The notes below the pieces were generated by a model, which saw nothing but the letters and a program-made list of their open reading frames with translations, searched no databases and was not told the origin of the DNA. Shown piece by piece: positions 21,406 to 31,347 of a stretch of 64,000 nt of DNA. This DNA is from Thermoplasmata archaeon (GTDB taxonomy: Archaea; Thermoplasmatota; Thermoplasmata; Thermoplasmatales; Thermoplasmataceae), in contig JAJZLK010000023.1 of the NCBI GenBank assembly GCA_021803655.1, positions 292 through 64,291 on the forward strand, read 5' to 3'. Made by a program: the position numbers and the translations under genes. Within the stretch, counting starts at the first letter, position 1. Every line of letters begins with the position of its first letter.

Positions 21406-21452
21406 GGCGACGTTATGTCACTGTTACATAAAAAGATAAGATCATGGGATTG

Positions 21453-21749
21453 CTAAGGCTTCTGAACCGTCAACCTGTTGCCTGAAACCCCGGAGATCGT
21501 GACGCTCTCTCCCACTTCTATTGTCCCCTCTCCCGCGAATTCTGCAGACCAAGTCAGGTTGTTGTACCTCACCGCGAGTGAATTGTCGTGGACTTCCACC
21601 ACCCGCGCAACCTTACCTATCATGTTCTCCTTACCTGTGAATGGCTTCTGCCCCCAGGGATATCTGGTGAGAAGGCGGCCGAGCCATCCTCCCACGAAGA
21701 GGCAGAGCAATGCAATTGCTAAGACAAAGATTACTGGAACACCGCTCAT
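21453..21749 (-). CDS. NfeD-like small membrane protein (OB-fold C-terminus)
   Basis: 98 aa. N-terminal TM plus GKVARVVEV...GESVTISGVSGNRLTV, the NfeD C-terminal pattern. Confidence 0.65.
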   Translation of the reverse strand: MSGVPVIFVLAIALLCLFVGGWLGRLLTRYPWGQKPFTGKENMIGKVARVVEVHDNSLAVRYNNLTWSAEFAGEGTIEVGESVTISGVSGNRLTVQKP

Positions 21750-21949
21750 GACATGGTAAAGCAGGTCTCCGGAAATAGTTATTTCGACAGCGGTTGCGGA
21801 TAGTCTCTGATTTTCATGGCCGATGAGTGAAATTCCTGCTTAAAGTTAACCTCAACACCAGTTTGTGGTCGGGCGGAGGTTCCCTGGAAATCCGCGTTCA
21901 TTGCCAGATTAATGGAAGTTTAATCTGCCCTTCATTATGACGGGACGCA

Positions 21950-23299
21950 GTGCCCAAAAATCGCGATTCAGGTTTTGTTTCCTCGGTAATGCAATCATTC
22001 ACTTCGATTGGTCCCATGGTGGACGTTGCCGCTCTCTTCTCCGTCATTGCAATCTATTCAGGAGCTTTCCTCCCGGTGGTAATGGCCATATCCTTTCTCC
22101 TGGGCTATTCAACAATCAATACCGTCCACAAGCTCTCAAGAACCTTTGTCTCAAATGGAGGGTATTATTCTTATGCGGGGAAGACGCTCGGAAAATTCGC
22201 CGGGATATTCACGGGATTACTGTACATAGCCTATGGAATCCTGGTGGTTCCAAATATTTCGCTTTTCTTCTCCGTCTTTCTGTCATCCATTCTTGGTTTG
22301 TATTTCACGGTACCGGGGATTGCTCAAGTGCTGTTCTCGCTGGTGTTCTCAGCGACGGTTGTTCTGTTCGTTTCCAGGGGGTTGAAGCTCACGTTAAAAT
22401 ATACAGTTGTCGCGGGTTTCATGGAAATGGGGGCCGTGCTTCTGCTGAGTGTGATGTTCTTCCTTGCATGGTCGGGCACACCACCGGCACTCACGTTCGG
22501 AGGGGGGACTTTCGATGCCATTTGGACCGGCGTCATATTCGGTATACTGGCATTTTCTGGAAGCGGTTCCTCGATTTTTATATCTGAAAACGTTGAGAAA
22601 CCGAGTTTCACGGTGCCCAGATCGCTCCTCACTTCCTACACTGTTTCCGGGCTGATAATGGTCCTTTCCTCCCTGTCACTGGTTCTCTTCCTCGGTAATC
22701 CTGGACTGCAGAGTTATATGGGCAACCCCCTGATCCTGCCGTTCCTGATAGGTTCAAGACTGGGCGTAGCGGCTTTTCTTCTTTTCGCGGTATTCGGGAT
22801 AGTGAGTGCTTTCAACCTCTGTGTCTCATACCTCAATGCCCTTTCCAACAGCGTCAGGAGAATGGTCTCTGAGAATCTCTTTGGAGACCGCGTGAGATTA
22901 AGTTTCAGGCCCTTCTTTCTCCTTGGAATTGTGTTTGCCCTAACTGTTCTCTCAGCGATCGCATCCTACTTCAGCGCGGGCTTTTTCTTCATGTTTGCTG
23001 CCATAGCAGGGGCCGTAAGTCTTTCATACATAAGCGTCCACATTATCATGAACGTCGCCCTTTTCAGGATCAGGCAGCGTTTCAGCATCTTCACCACGAT
23101 AATGGTGTTCATATCCTCTGCGTTTCTCGTGCTGTCCTTCTATTATTCCCTTGCGGGAAATCAGTATAGCCTGATACTCTCAAACATAATTTTCGCATTT
23201 TCACTTGCCGGTGCACTCCTTGTTACACTTGCGATAAAGATCAGGAAAACGCACTATGATTCCATTGCCATCGGCAATGTCTTGGTCTCCCAAGATTAA
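21950..23299 (+). CDS. APC-superfamily amino acid/polyamine permease
   Basis: 449 aa with 12 or more TM helices. N-terminal FVSSVMQSFTSIGP resembles the APC signature region. Confidence 0.75.
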   Translation: MPKNRDSGFVSSVMQSFTSIGPMVDVAALFSVIAIYSGAFLPVVMAISFLLGYSTINTVHKLSRTFVSNGGYYSYAGKTLGKFAGIFTGLLYIAYGILVVPNISLFFSVFLSSILGLYFTVPGIAQVLFSLVFSATVVLFVSRGLKLTLKYTVVAGFMEMGAVLLLSVMFFLAWSGTPPALTFGGGTFDAIWTGVIFGILAFSGSGSSIFISENVEKPSFTVPRSLLTSYTVSGLIMVLSSLSLVLFLGNPGLQSYMGNPLILPFLIGSRLGVAAFLLFAVFGIVSAFNLCVSYLNALSNSVRRMVSENLFGDRVRLSFRPFFLLGIVFALTVLSAIASYFSAGFFFMFAAIAGAVSLSYISVHIIMNVALFRIRQRFSIFTTIMVFISSAFLVLSFYYSLAGNQYSLILSNIIFAFSLAGALLVTLAIKIRKTHYDSIAIGNVLVSQD

Positions 23300-23610
23300 T
23301 GTGGAAGTCTGTAAAATGCTCCCGGACGGTAGAAAGTAGCTATCCCGATAATGTGAGGAGAATGAAAACAGAGTCGGGAAAGATATATACCTGCCCTCTT
23401 GACGGTCAAACATTGCATGAGACCTGCCTTCCGCATGAGGTGATCTATCACTATTCTCCCTATTTCCGATTTCTTCTCATATCCTTCTCGCTTGGTGTGT
23501 GCACATTGAATGACGTTCCAGAGGATCACTGCGGCCACTAAAGCTGTTGGGATCAATCTTCGATTCGTCTTTAGTTATCCTCCCTAAAGAGCACAGAATC
23601 CCGGTCTTCA

Positions 23611-24237
23611 TCACACGATTATCGTTTCAACCCACGAGTAGTTTATTGTCTGTGTATGCCCGTATAGATAGTAGTGGCCTATCTCAAATACTGGTGTGAA
23701 TGTCAGTGTCATGTTGAACTGATACGTTCCGTTGTAAGCGGCTTCTGCGACGGTTGATTCGTTTGACAGGACTTGGAAATCCAGCAGAATTGTTACCATT
23801 TTCTCTTCATATCTCACCATGATTTTGCCAAAATACGGAACAATGTTGTTGTCATTGAAGTTCGGTATATTCTTCAGCAACGTGTGATTGGAACTTATCA
23901 CGAGACTGCCAATCTGAATGTTGATGGAGGTGTATGGGAAAGAAAGGCTGTAATTCTGAAGCCAAAGGCTGGTCATGGAGAATGCAATCGGAGAGGAATA
24001 ACCTGTATAATTTATCACCACGTTGTTACCCCCAGGAAACAAAGAGTAGCCCATTTCGATCCGGTTTCCAAGATCGGAGAAGTTGTACGAGCCTCGAACA
24101 ATGTGGAGTGATTTGGACGGGGAAAGTCCTCCGAATTTGTGCCAGCTTGGGGGTTCTGTTTCCCATTCGTACATTGTTGGTATTAGAAACGCCAAGACTA
24201 CGAGAACTGCGATCAGGATCATGAGTGTTTTCTTCAT
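23611..24237 (-). CDS. Hypothetical exported or anchored glycoprotein candidate
   Basis: 208 aa. N-terminal anchor MKKTLMILIAVLVVLAFLI and 8 N-x-S/T sequons. Lies 6 nt downstream of the 730-aa surface protein gene. Confidence 0.6.
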   Translation of the reverse strand: MKKTLMILIAVLVVLAFLIPTMYEWETEPPSWHKFGGLSPSKSLHIVRGSYNFSDLGNRIEMGYSLFPGGNNVVINYTGYSSPIAFSMTSLWLQNYSLSFPYTSINIQIGSLVISSNHTLLKNIPNFNDNNIVPYFGKIMVRYEEKMVTILLDFQVLSNESTVAEAAYNGTYQFNMTLTFTPVFEIGHYYLYGHTQTINYSWVETIIV

Positions 24238-24243
24238 TTGTTA

Positions 24244-26436
24244 TTAAGCCTCCTGCAGTTGGTACAACGGTTCTGAAATAGAAATAGCATAGGAGTTCGG
24301 AGGATTATTCGGAGGACTCCCAAAGTAGTTTATATACGAATATGAGGTATCGTTCTGGTGTGCTACCTGGTACTCCGTGAGTGTTACGGAATCAATGAAG
24401 TAGTTTAGAACGTTAGAACTCATGGGAAGCATGTACCCGAACTCCAGAAAGAGCTTGCCCAAGTAGAGTTCATTTCCGCTAGCAGAACTAAGAAATGACC
24501 AATCATATGTGCTTCCACCACGTGTGTTGAACCGACTAAAAGAGCCAGTCCGCGAATAGGAGTAATTATTGAAACGGGCATCCGTGTTTGAGAAAGTTTT
24601 CGTAGGACTTGAAAGGGGAGAAAAGATGTATGGTCCCACAAATGCCATAATGGCAGATGCAATTCCGAGACCTGCGGATACAGGAGGACACTCGATTGTG
24701 ACGAACGAAGCTATTGCCAAACCCAGAGCAATGCCGTTCCAGATTGCTTTCTCCGTGGCAGTCACGTTCGATTGCCCGTTATACGACTGAAAGAGGTAAT
24801 CCTTCGGCGTTATGAGCACTGCATCACTAGACGACGGTTGTTGTCCGGCCGAGTCTCCGATCCATGAGAATGACTGGGTGAAGTTCCACGTTGCTAGAGT
24901 TCGAGTCTTGTTCCACATCCCCCAGCTAAGGCTAGCAATTGTCGTAGATTTAGCAGTTTCAGAGTTGAAAGTGACGGCCTGCGACCCGATGAAAACGAGA
25001 CTGCCGTAGGAATCGTATGCCGCCCCCCCATTTTCAGCGTCAAGAAAGTTGATGTATAAGCCAGTTGTCCCGTTTATTTCAGGAAACATGGTGTAGATCA
25101 TCGCTTTGTTGTTCAGCGAAACCTGTGTCGATGATTTCTCGTTTGTCATCGATACGCTGAATCCTGTATAGTATCCCGGCTGTGCAGTCCAGTCGAAACT
25201 GATCGTACCATCTCCCGTCGGGAAGAAGGCTTTCAGGGGAACAACGCCACCGTTGGACGTATCAGCATAGATCCATACCCCGGAACGGAAGAACCACCCA
25301 AGGTAACCGGGTCCTGGTGCATTTCCCGTAGCATTCCGGTAATTCACGGAGAATGTCAGTGTTGAGTCTCCTGGTACTGCGCTTCCGTATGCCATGCCGG
25401 AGGAGTTTACAATTGAGAGCCCTGAAAGCTGCGGTGATCCGTATGGGGTGAAGGTGATCGCCACCGATGAACCGGACCACTCTGTCACCGATACGGATCC
25501 GCCGGACGGAGATACCCGGTAATACTGCTCGGATCCTATGGTGTATGAATAGCTTCCGGGAAGTTTATCGAACGTAATGCTGTTCGACGTGGATGTCTGT
25601 GTCTGTCCTGCAAGGGTAACGGACCATGTGGTTCCGGACGGGAGACCGGATTCGGAGAATGTTGCTGCCTTCGGTGAAGGCGGAGGGATCGGGACGGGTC
25701 CGGGATTTGGATCCCTGATGATCATGGATGGCATGATGATCGGATCGATGCTGTACGTTTCATTGGTGTTCAGGGTGAAAGGGCCAAAGGGGAGTGCAAT
25801 GCTTCCGGAACCAGGTGTTTCCGTAAGCATTCCTGCATAGAAGATCGATGCCTCGTTCTGCCATGATACCGAAACGTTGCCTGCGTATACAGTATAATCA
25901 TGAGACGGGATGATGAATGAGGTGGATTTTCCCCTTGAGGAGTGTGCTCCGTATGGTGAGAATCCCGATACGGTCGCAAAGTCATGGTGCTTCATTCCCA
26001 TTGAGAACGTTCCGATGAACTGTCCTGACGTGTTCAGGTTCTCTATGGCTATGCTTGCATCTATGCCGTTGCCGAGGAAGGAGAATATCTCCGCAACCCG
26101 TACATTTGAGTTCCACCTCACCATGATAGCGGAGTTCTGGACTGCATTTTCGATCCTGGAATACCGGTAATGGGTGAACTTCTCCGATTTCAGGGGATTG
26201 TATGAATTTCCGTTTGCAGCCGGGTAGTATTGTAACGAATTGACACGGAAGACAGACCAGGAGATCGGATAGACATGTGGGCCAAGCCCTATGGCGGAAT
26301 TCTGGCCTGAAAAGCTCACGATGTCGTTTCCATACGAGTAGACTGTGGCTGGCCTGGCATGATTGCCGTTCGCATACTGCATGACAGGAATCACCATGAG
26401 AGCAGCAACCGCTACGGTTATCAAAACGATGATCAT
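24244..26436 (-). CDS. Large surface protein with a thermopsin-type GLPSGTxW beta-sandwich repeat and a C-proximal TM hairpin
   Basis: 730 aa. N-terminal anchor and many N-x-S/T sequons. FSESGLPSGTTWSVTLAGQTQ...GSYSYTIG repeat. Hydrophobic hairpin IALGLAIASFVTIE..GLGIASAIMAFVGPYIF at about aa 575-610. Confidence 0.7.
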   Translation of the reverse strand: MIIVLITVAVAALMVIPVMQYANGNHARPATVYSYGNDIVSFSGQNSAIGLGPHVYPISWSVFRVNSLQYYPAANGNSYNPLKSEKFTHYRYSRIENAVQNSAIMVRWNSNVRVAEIFSFLGNGIDASIAIENLNTSGQFIGTFSMGMKHHDFATVSGFSPYGAHSSRGKSTSFIIPSHDYTVYAGNVSVSWQNEASIFYAGMLTETPGSGSIALPFGPFTLNTNETYSIDPIIMPSMIIRDPNPGPVPIPPPSPKAATFSESGLPSGTTWSVTLAGQTQTSTSNSITFDKLPGSYSYTIGSEQYYRVSPSGGSVSVTEWSGSSVAITFTPYGSPQLSGLSIVNSSGMAYGSAVPGDSTLTFSVNYRNATGNAPGPGYLGWFFRSGVWIYADTSNGGVVPLKAFFPTGDGTISFDWTAQPGYYTGFSVSMTNEKSSTQVSLNNKAMIYTMFPEINGTTGLYINFLDAENGGAAYDSYGSLVFIGSQAVTFNSETAKSTTIASLSWGMWNKTRTLATWNFTQSFSWIGDSAGQQPSSSDAVLITPKDYLFQSYNGQSNVTATEKAIWNGIALGLAIASFVTIECPPVSAGLGIASAIMAFVGPYIFSPLSSPTKTFSNTDARFNNYSYSRTGSFSRFNTRGGSTYDWSFLSSASGNELYLGKLFLEFGYMLPMSSNVLNYFIDSVTLTEYQVAHQNDTSYSYINYFGSPPNNPPNSYAISISEPLYQLQEA

Positions 26437-26882
26437 CTTACGGGACTCTCTCTGTGGAGTATAAAATCTTCGGGAAGTGGCTATTCATCGTTCCGGCGGA
26501 GCTATTTCTTCCTAATAAAAGTTCTTCCTGCTTGAATTTCTAATTTTGTACAGGATCGCGAAATCAGGACACGAGAAAAGTGGATGATGGATCGGCAGTG
26601 TCTGCTGTATACGGGTGATTCCTCGTAGGACAAGTCACACAATCCCCACGCGTTATCTGACACCTTTGCACCGTTGCCGGAAACCTCTTTGCCCTGAACT
26701 TCGTGAACCTATGGGGTTCGATGTGACGGGGGTCCTGCATTATCGATGCCATCAGTAATTCAACAGTCTGCAGATGCTTCGTGCGAGAAAGAAGGACCGC
26801 AACTGGCCCCATGACATGTACCGGGATTATACGCTGAAATCACAGGATACGTACATGTTTGGTACCAGACATGCAGATAGGA

Positions 26883-28811
26883 TTACTCTCTGTTGAAGGA
26901 CTCTGCGTCGTGCTGCCTCACGGTGAATTTTCTCCTTGTCATGAACGGTTTGAACGGCCTGCCGTTCCCCTTGTAGAACTTGGAGAAGAATTCGACATAA
27001 AGAAGCCTTGCCCCCTGTATGCCCGGTTCAAATACTGCAATCACAAGGTTGAATGTCTGTCCTATGAAGAGGATTATGATCCCCACGATTAGTCCTGTAA
27101 CGGTGTGAGGACCTCCAGACGTGAATGAAAGATCTACCATGTAGGCCAGGATCACCGAAGCCATGAGTATTCCCACTATCCTCGTATAAGAGAGGATGTG
27201 ACTTATGATGGAAGGTATCTCTACTGCTCCGTTTCCACCCTCGGTTACAAGGATCGATACCAGGCCGGCGATGATCATTCCTATGGCAATGTCCTGTGTC
27301 GGGGATGCTGTCGTGTGGTGGATAAGGTTCAGGCCAAATACCGCTGCCCCAATAGCCAGCAGGAGCCAGCCGACCTTGCCTATTGCCCCCTTGATATGAC
27401 CATGGGAGGCTTCGTTGATCACTCCGAGCACGAGGCCAAAGGAGACCATGAAGAGACCGATGTACCCCGAGAGGAGGAGAAGTTTTGGAAGCGATGCCTG
27501 CACGTTGACTATGGTATAAGGGAGGAACTGGAAACCGAAGAAGTTGTTGAATATGAGTCCGAATACTATGGCGGACAGCGATGACGGGATCAGGGCTCTT
27601 GCAAGGATTTCCAGGGAACTCCTGCTCATTATTGTGGTTATGAATTTCTTTATCCTTTTCGGAACGTGGTTCCTTGCTCCCGGCTTCAGCTTCCTCAATA
27701 TCCAGACAGAGGTGAAGAATATTACCAGTCCATACCCGTAGTCTCCGACCATCAGCCCGAAGAATATGGGAAAGACGAAAGCGAAGATCATTGTCGGATC
27801 AAACTCCGATTCCTGCGGCAGCGAATAAAACCGGATGAAGAACTCGAACAGCCTTACCTTCCTTGGGTTGAAAAGCATTGTTGGCGGGTTCTCCTTTGTC
27901 TCCACAACGCTTACTATTGATCTGCCGTCAGAGGCTTTTTCAACGGCCTTCTTCACTGAGTCCAGAAGACGAAGCGGGATCCAGCCTTCCATAGCAAATG
28001 AGTCCTGGGTGCTTCCAAATTTCTCTACCGCCTCGAACTTCTTTGCCTCTATCTCAAGCTGTTCCCTGATCTGGACAACTCTGGCATAATACTTCCTTGA
28101 CAGTGACTCCAGCTGGGACTGGATGTCATTCAGGTAGGTGTTGATCTCACTGAGCCTCTTTTCAAGAGTCCTGGCGTAAGGTTCCGGCATTCCGCTGATC
28201 TCCGGAATGACTTCAAGAATGAGTTCGTGGCTTTCCGCTAGTCTTGCCAGATTTTCAGACTCCTCTTTCGGTATTGAAACGAGCCTGTGAGTGTCATCCA
28301 GATCAACGCATGTTCCCCCAAGCGAAGTCCGTACCTGTCCCGAGAATGAATCTTCCGGACGTCCGACGGCGATGAAACTCCTGATCTGCAGGGAGGTATA
28401 GATGGAAAGATCCGCATCGATCGGTTCAAGAAGCCTGGAAATCCATAACTTTCTTTCCGCATCCTTCCTGTCCTGGAGAAGTTCCTCTTCTTCCCTTTTG
28501 AGCGTCTCCAGTTTCTGCTCGATGCCAAGGGACTCGAACTCGGCGAATACTTCTTCCACGCTGGAGAAATATTTCCGCTCCGAGACAGGACATGGGATCA
28601 ACTGCTGTTCATATCCTCTTGCTTTCTGCAGGTACTGGGAGGTCCTGTAGAAATCCTCAGGATTCCTGGATGGCGAGAGAACCGATCTCACATCATCAGA
28701 GATGTTCTCAAGCTGCATTATCCCTAGATCGTGGAGTATCGATACCACGTCGTGCCGCTTTCCGTTTGAACCGATGATGCGGATTCGCGCCATTTTTTCC
28801 GGTCTGAGCAT
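26883..28811 (-). CDS. atpI: A-type ATP synthase subunit I
   Basis: 642 aa. Soluble coiled N-terminal half plus a multi-TM C-terminal half. Last gene of the ATP synthase operon. Confidence 0.9.
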   Translation of the reverse strand: MLRPEKMARIRIIGSNGKRHDVVSILHDLGIMQLENISDDVRSVLSPSRNPEDFYRTSQYLQKARGYEQQLIPCPVSERKYFSSVEEVFAEFESLGIEQKLETLKREEEELLQDRKDAERKLWISRLLEPIDADLSIYTSLQIRSFIAVGRPEDSFSGQVRTSLGGTCVDLDDTHRLVSIPKEESENLARLAESHELILEVIPEISGMPEPYARTLEKRLSEINTYLNDIQSQLESLSRKYYARVVQIREQLEIEAKKFEAVEKFGSTQDSFAMEGWIPLRLLDSVKKAVEKASDGRSIVSVVETKENPPTMLFNPRKVRLFEFFIRFYSLPQESEFDPTMIFAFVFPIFFGLMVGDYGYGLVIFFTSVWILRKLKPGARNHVPKRIKKFITTIMSRSSLEILARALIPSSLSAIVFGLIFNNFFGFQFLPYTIVNVQASLPKLLLLSGYIGLFMVSFGLVLGVINEASHGHIKGAIGKVGWLLLAIGAAVFGLNLIHHTTASPTQDIAIGMIIAGLVSILVTEGGNGAVEIPSIISHILSYTRIVGILMASVILAYMVDLSFTSGGPHTVTGLIVGIIILFIGQTFNLVIAVFEPGIQGARLLYVEFFSKFYKGNGRPFKPFMTRRKFTVRQHDAESFNRE

Positions 28812-28813
28812 TC

Positions 28814-29140
28814 CTAGTCTTTCTCCAGAATATTCCTTATGCCTTCATCCACCATTTTCCTGAGATCGCTGTCGGAAACCTTGAGTTTCAGGGACTGGGA
28901 TTTTTTCCTCGCCTCCGCGATTGCTGCTTCACTCTTTTCCCTGAGTTTTCCCGACTGTATGTCCAGGGATTCTTCAAGATCCTTTTTCAGCTTCGCTTCT
29001 TCCCGGCTGATCATCTCGTTCTTCTCCTGGATCTTCTTCCTCAACACCTCTTCCAGTTCTTCCCTCTTTTTCGCAATCGCCTTTGAGGTTTCATCCTCCT
29101 TTTCCTTGATCTTCTTAAGTATCTCCACGTCTCCTGACAT
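28814..29140 (-). CDS. atpH: A-type ATP synthase subunit H (peripheral-stalk coiled coil)
   Basis: 108 aa, highly charged K/E-rich coiled coil, positioned directly upstream of atpI. Confidence 0.7.
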   Translation of the reverse strand: MSGDVEILKKIKEKEDETSKAIAKKREELEEVLRKKIQEKNEMISREEAKLKKDLEESLDIQSGKLREKSEAAIAEARKKSQSLKLKVSDSDLRKMVDEGIRNILEKD

Positions 29141-29311
29141 TTAAAGCACCCCTCCGAAAGCGGCCAGCAGGACGATCACGCTTACCGTTGCGTTGATCAG
29201 GCCGATTATGAGTTTAATCCTTGCAAATTTCCTGAGGGCCCTGTTCCCCTTAAAATCGTAAACTACGGGTTTCCTGGCGTAATCCTTCCTGATATAGTAC
29301 ATAGGATTCAT
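29141..29311 (-). CDS. Small membrane protein (56 aa) inside the ATP synthase operon
   Basis: Below the ORF-track cutoff. MNPMYYIRKDYARKPVVYDFKGNRALRKFARIKLIIGLINATVSVIVLLAAFGGVL. Its ATG lies 3 nt after the atpD stop, and its TAA stop abuts the atpH ATG. Confidence 0.45.
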   Translation of the reverse strand: MNPMYYIRKDYARKPVVYDFKGNRALRKFARIKLIIGLINATVSVIVLLAAFGGVL

Positions 29312-29314
29312 GAT

Positions 29315-29962
29315 CTACAGCCCCGGGGCCTTCCCTCCAGATTCCATCTTCTTCTTTATTGTTTTCAGGGTGGTGAACGTTTCCCTTTCCATTTCATCAA
29401 GATGCATCCTGATGTACTTAGCGTTCTCCTTCAGCCTCGGGATCATGATGTTCTCGATCGCGTTTGATCTCCTCTTTGTCCTCTCAATTTCATGCAGGAG
29501 CCTGCGCATGGAGTTTTCCTTCTCTGCAACCTCAAGCAGCAGCTGGAGGACCTCCTCGAACTGTGATATCGCTTCGTTGACCGGAACCGGTACCGACGAA
29601 GCACGATAAAGTTCGGATATCACCGACTCTCCAAGGTCAAGTTCCAGTTCGGGTATCCTTACTCCCATCACATTCCGGGTCTTCACGGAGGCGTAGGTAT
29701 TGGCGAACATCAGGGCGACCCGTTCAAGAGTCATGTTCCCGCTCATGAGCTGTGCAACCCTGAGGCTTTCCAGTGCCTCCCCGATCTTCTCCCTGAGTCC
29801 TTCCCTCAGCCCCTTTACAGTGCGGCTGATCTTGAAGAACTCCATTACCAGCGAAGACCTCTTCATCTTCAGGAGATCAAGTCCTCTCTTGGCAAGCCGG
29901 ATTCGCTTGTTGGTGTTTATGAGCTCGATTCTTGTAGGCCTGATCTCCTGAGATACTGCCAT
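29315..29962 (-). CDS. atpD: A-type ATP synthase subunit D
   Basis: RPTRIELINTNKRIRLAKRGLDLLKMKR is typical of subunit D. I prefer ATG 29962 (2 nt after the atpB stop) to the track's GTG at 29980. Confidence 0.9.
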   Translation of the reverse strand: MAVSQEIRPTRIELINTNKRIRLAKRGLDLLKMKRSSLVMEFFKISRTVKGLREGLREKIGEALESLRVAQLMSGNMTLERVALMFANTYASVKTRNVMGVRIPELELDLGESVISELYRASSVPVPVNEAISQFEEVLQLLLEVAEKENSMRRLLHEIERTKRRSNAIENIMIPRLKENAKYIRMHLDEMERETFTTLKTIKKKMESGGKAPGL

Positions 29963-29964
29963 GG

Positions 29965-31347
29965 TTACTCCTTCTTCCACTTGCCGAACTTCTCAATGTG
30001 ATCGCGTTTAACCCTCTTCATTTCGCCTTCGGGAAGTACTGAAAGCAGTTCCCAGCCAAGGTCAAGGGTTCTCTCGATACTCCTGTCCTCGCCAGTTCCC
30101 TGCCTGACGTACTGGCTCTCAAATGCGTCCGCGAACTTGAGGTACGTACGGTCGCTCTTGCTCAGGGCCTCTTCCCCGACTATTGCACTGAGCGACCTGA
30201 GATCCTTTCCGTTTGCATATGCCGAGTAGAGCTGGTCTGCCACTCCACGGTGATCCTCCCTGGTCCTTCCCTTTCCGATCCCCTGGTTCATAAGCCTGGA
30301 AAGCGATGGAAGAACGTTGACCGGAGGATATACGCCCGATCTCTGCAGGTCCCTGCTCATGACGATCTGCCCTTCCGTTATGTAACCCGTAAGGTCCGGG
30401 ATTGGATTGGTAATGTCATCGCCCGGCATGGTGAGTATCGGGATCTGCGTGATTGACCCGTTCCTCCCCCTTATCTTTCCTGCCCTTTCATAAATCATGC
30501 TGAGGTCTGTGTACATGTATCCCGGGAATCCCCTTCTCCCAGGAACTTCCTCCCTTGCGGATGAGACCTCCCTGAGTGCTTCGCAGTAGTTTGTCATGTC
30601 GGAGAGAATGACCAGTATGTGCATATTCCGCTCGTAGGCCAGATACTCGGCAGTAGTCAGGGCCACTCTCGGAAGGACAATCCTTTCCATTGACGGATCC
30701 GACGAGAGGTTGAGAAACAGTACCGATCTAGATATCGCACCGGTCTTCTTGAACTCCCCGATGAAGAAGTTTGCCTCTTCGCTTGTGATACCCATCGCGC
30801 CAAAAATAACGGCGAAACTCTCGTCTTTTCCGAGAACCTTTGCCTGTCTTGCAATCTGGGCTGCAAGCTGGTTGTGCGGAAGCCCAGACCCGGAGAATAT
30901 TGGCAGCTTCTGTCCCCTGACCAGCGTGTTCATTCCGTCTATTGTTGATATTCCAGTCTCGATGAATTCACTGGGTTCTTCCCTCGAATATGGATTGATG
31001 GCATTTCCCACAATCTCGATCTTCTCTGAGCTGATTATCGGGCTGCCGCCGTCGATCGGCTCGGAGAGCCCATTGAATATTCTCCCCAGCATCTCGTCAG
31101 AGACTGCGATTCTAGCCGTGCTTCCTGAGAACCTTACCTTTGTTCTCTTCGTATCCATTCCGGTGGTGGAGCCGAATACCTGAACGACCGCCACTCCCTT
31201 CCTGCTTTCCAGCACCTGCCCTGATCTGGTCTCTCCCGATGGCAGGGTGATCTCCACGATCTCGTTGTATGCAGCGTTGTCAACCCCTTCAACGAAGAGA
31301 AGAGGTCCGGCTATGTCAGAAATCGACCTGTAGCTTATTCCCATCAT
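29965..31347 (-). CDS. atpB: A-type ATP synthase subunit B
   Basis: 460 aa. Colinear with archaeal B subunits ([34 protein letters not shown]). Confidence 0.95.
   Translation of the reverse strand: MMGISYRSISDIAGPLLFVEGVDNAAYNEIVEITLPSGETRSGQVLESRKGVAVVQVFGSTTGMDTKRTKVRFSGSTARIAVSDEMLGRIFNGLSEPIDGGSPIISSEKIEIVGNAINPYSREEPSEFIETGISTIDGMNTLVRGQKLPIFSGSGLPHNQLAAQIARQAKVLGKDESFAVIFGAMGITSEEANFFIGEFKKTGAISRSVLFLNLSSDPSMERIVLPRVALTTAEYLAYERNMHILVILSDMTNYCEALREVSSAREEVPGRRGFPGYMYTDLSMIYERAGKIRGRNGSITQIPILTMPGDDITNPIPDLTGYITEGQIVMSRDLQRSGVYPPVNVLPSLSRLMNQGIGKGRTREDHRGVADQLYSAYANGKDLRSLSAIVGEEALSKSDRTYLKFADAFESQYVRQGTGEDRSIERTLDLGWELLSVLPEGEMKRVKRDHIEKFGKWKKE

Noticed and set aside
21453-21749. An NfeD-like gene without an adjacent SPFH/stomatin partner.
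   Set aside because: Short NfeD homologs are not always adjacent to their partner, and the partner may lie elsewhere in the genome. This is not informative within one window.
21937-22587. 216-aa plus-strand ORF.
   Set aside because: An alternative frame of the APC permease gene. The permease frame gives regular TM helices and this one does not.
23296-23556. Competing small ORFs in the gap after the permease: 86 aa on the minus strand (TM-like start) and 80 aa on the plus strand (TAATG-coupled to the permease stop).
   Set aside because: They are mutually exclusive, neither has a recognisable motif, and the evidence is insufficient to call either.
26564-26812. 82-aa minus-strand ORF in the 445-bp gap between atpI and the 730-aa surface protein gene.
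   Set aside because: Basic and Cys/His/Arg-rich with no motif and no obvious promoter or RBS. It could be a gene remnant or simply part of the promoter region.
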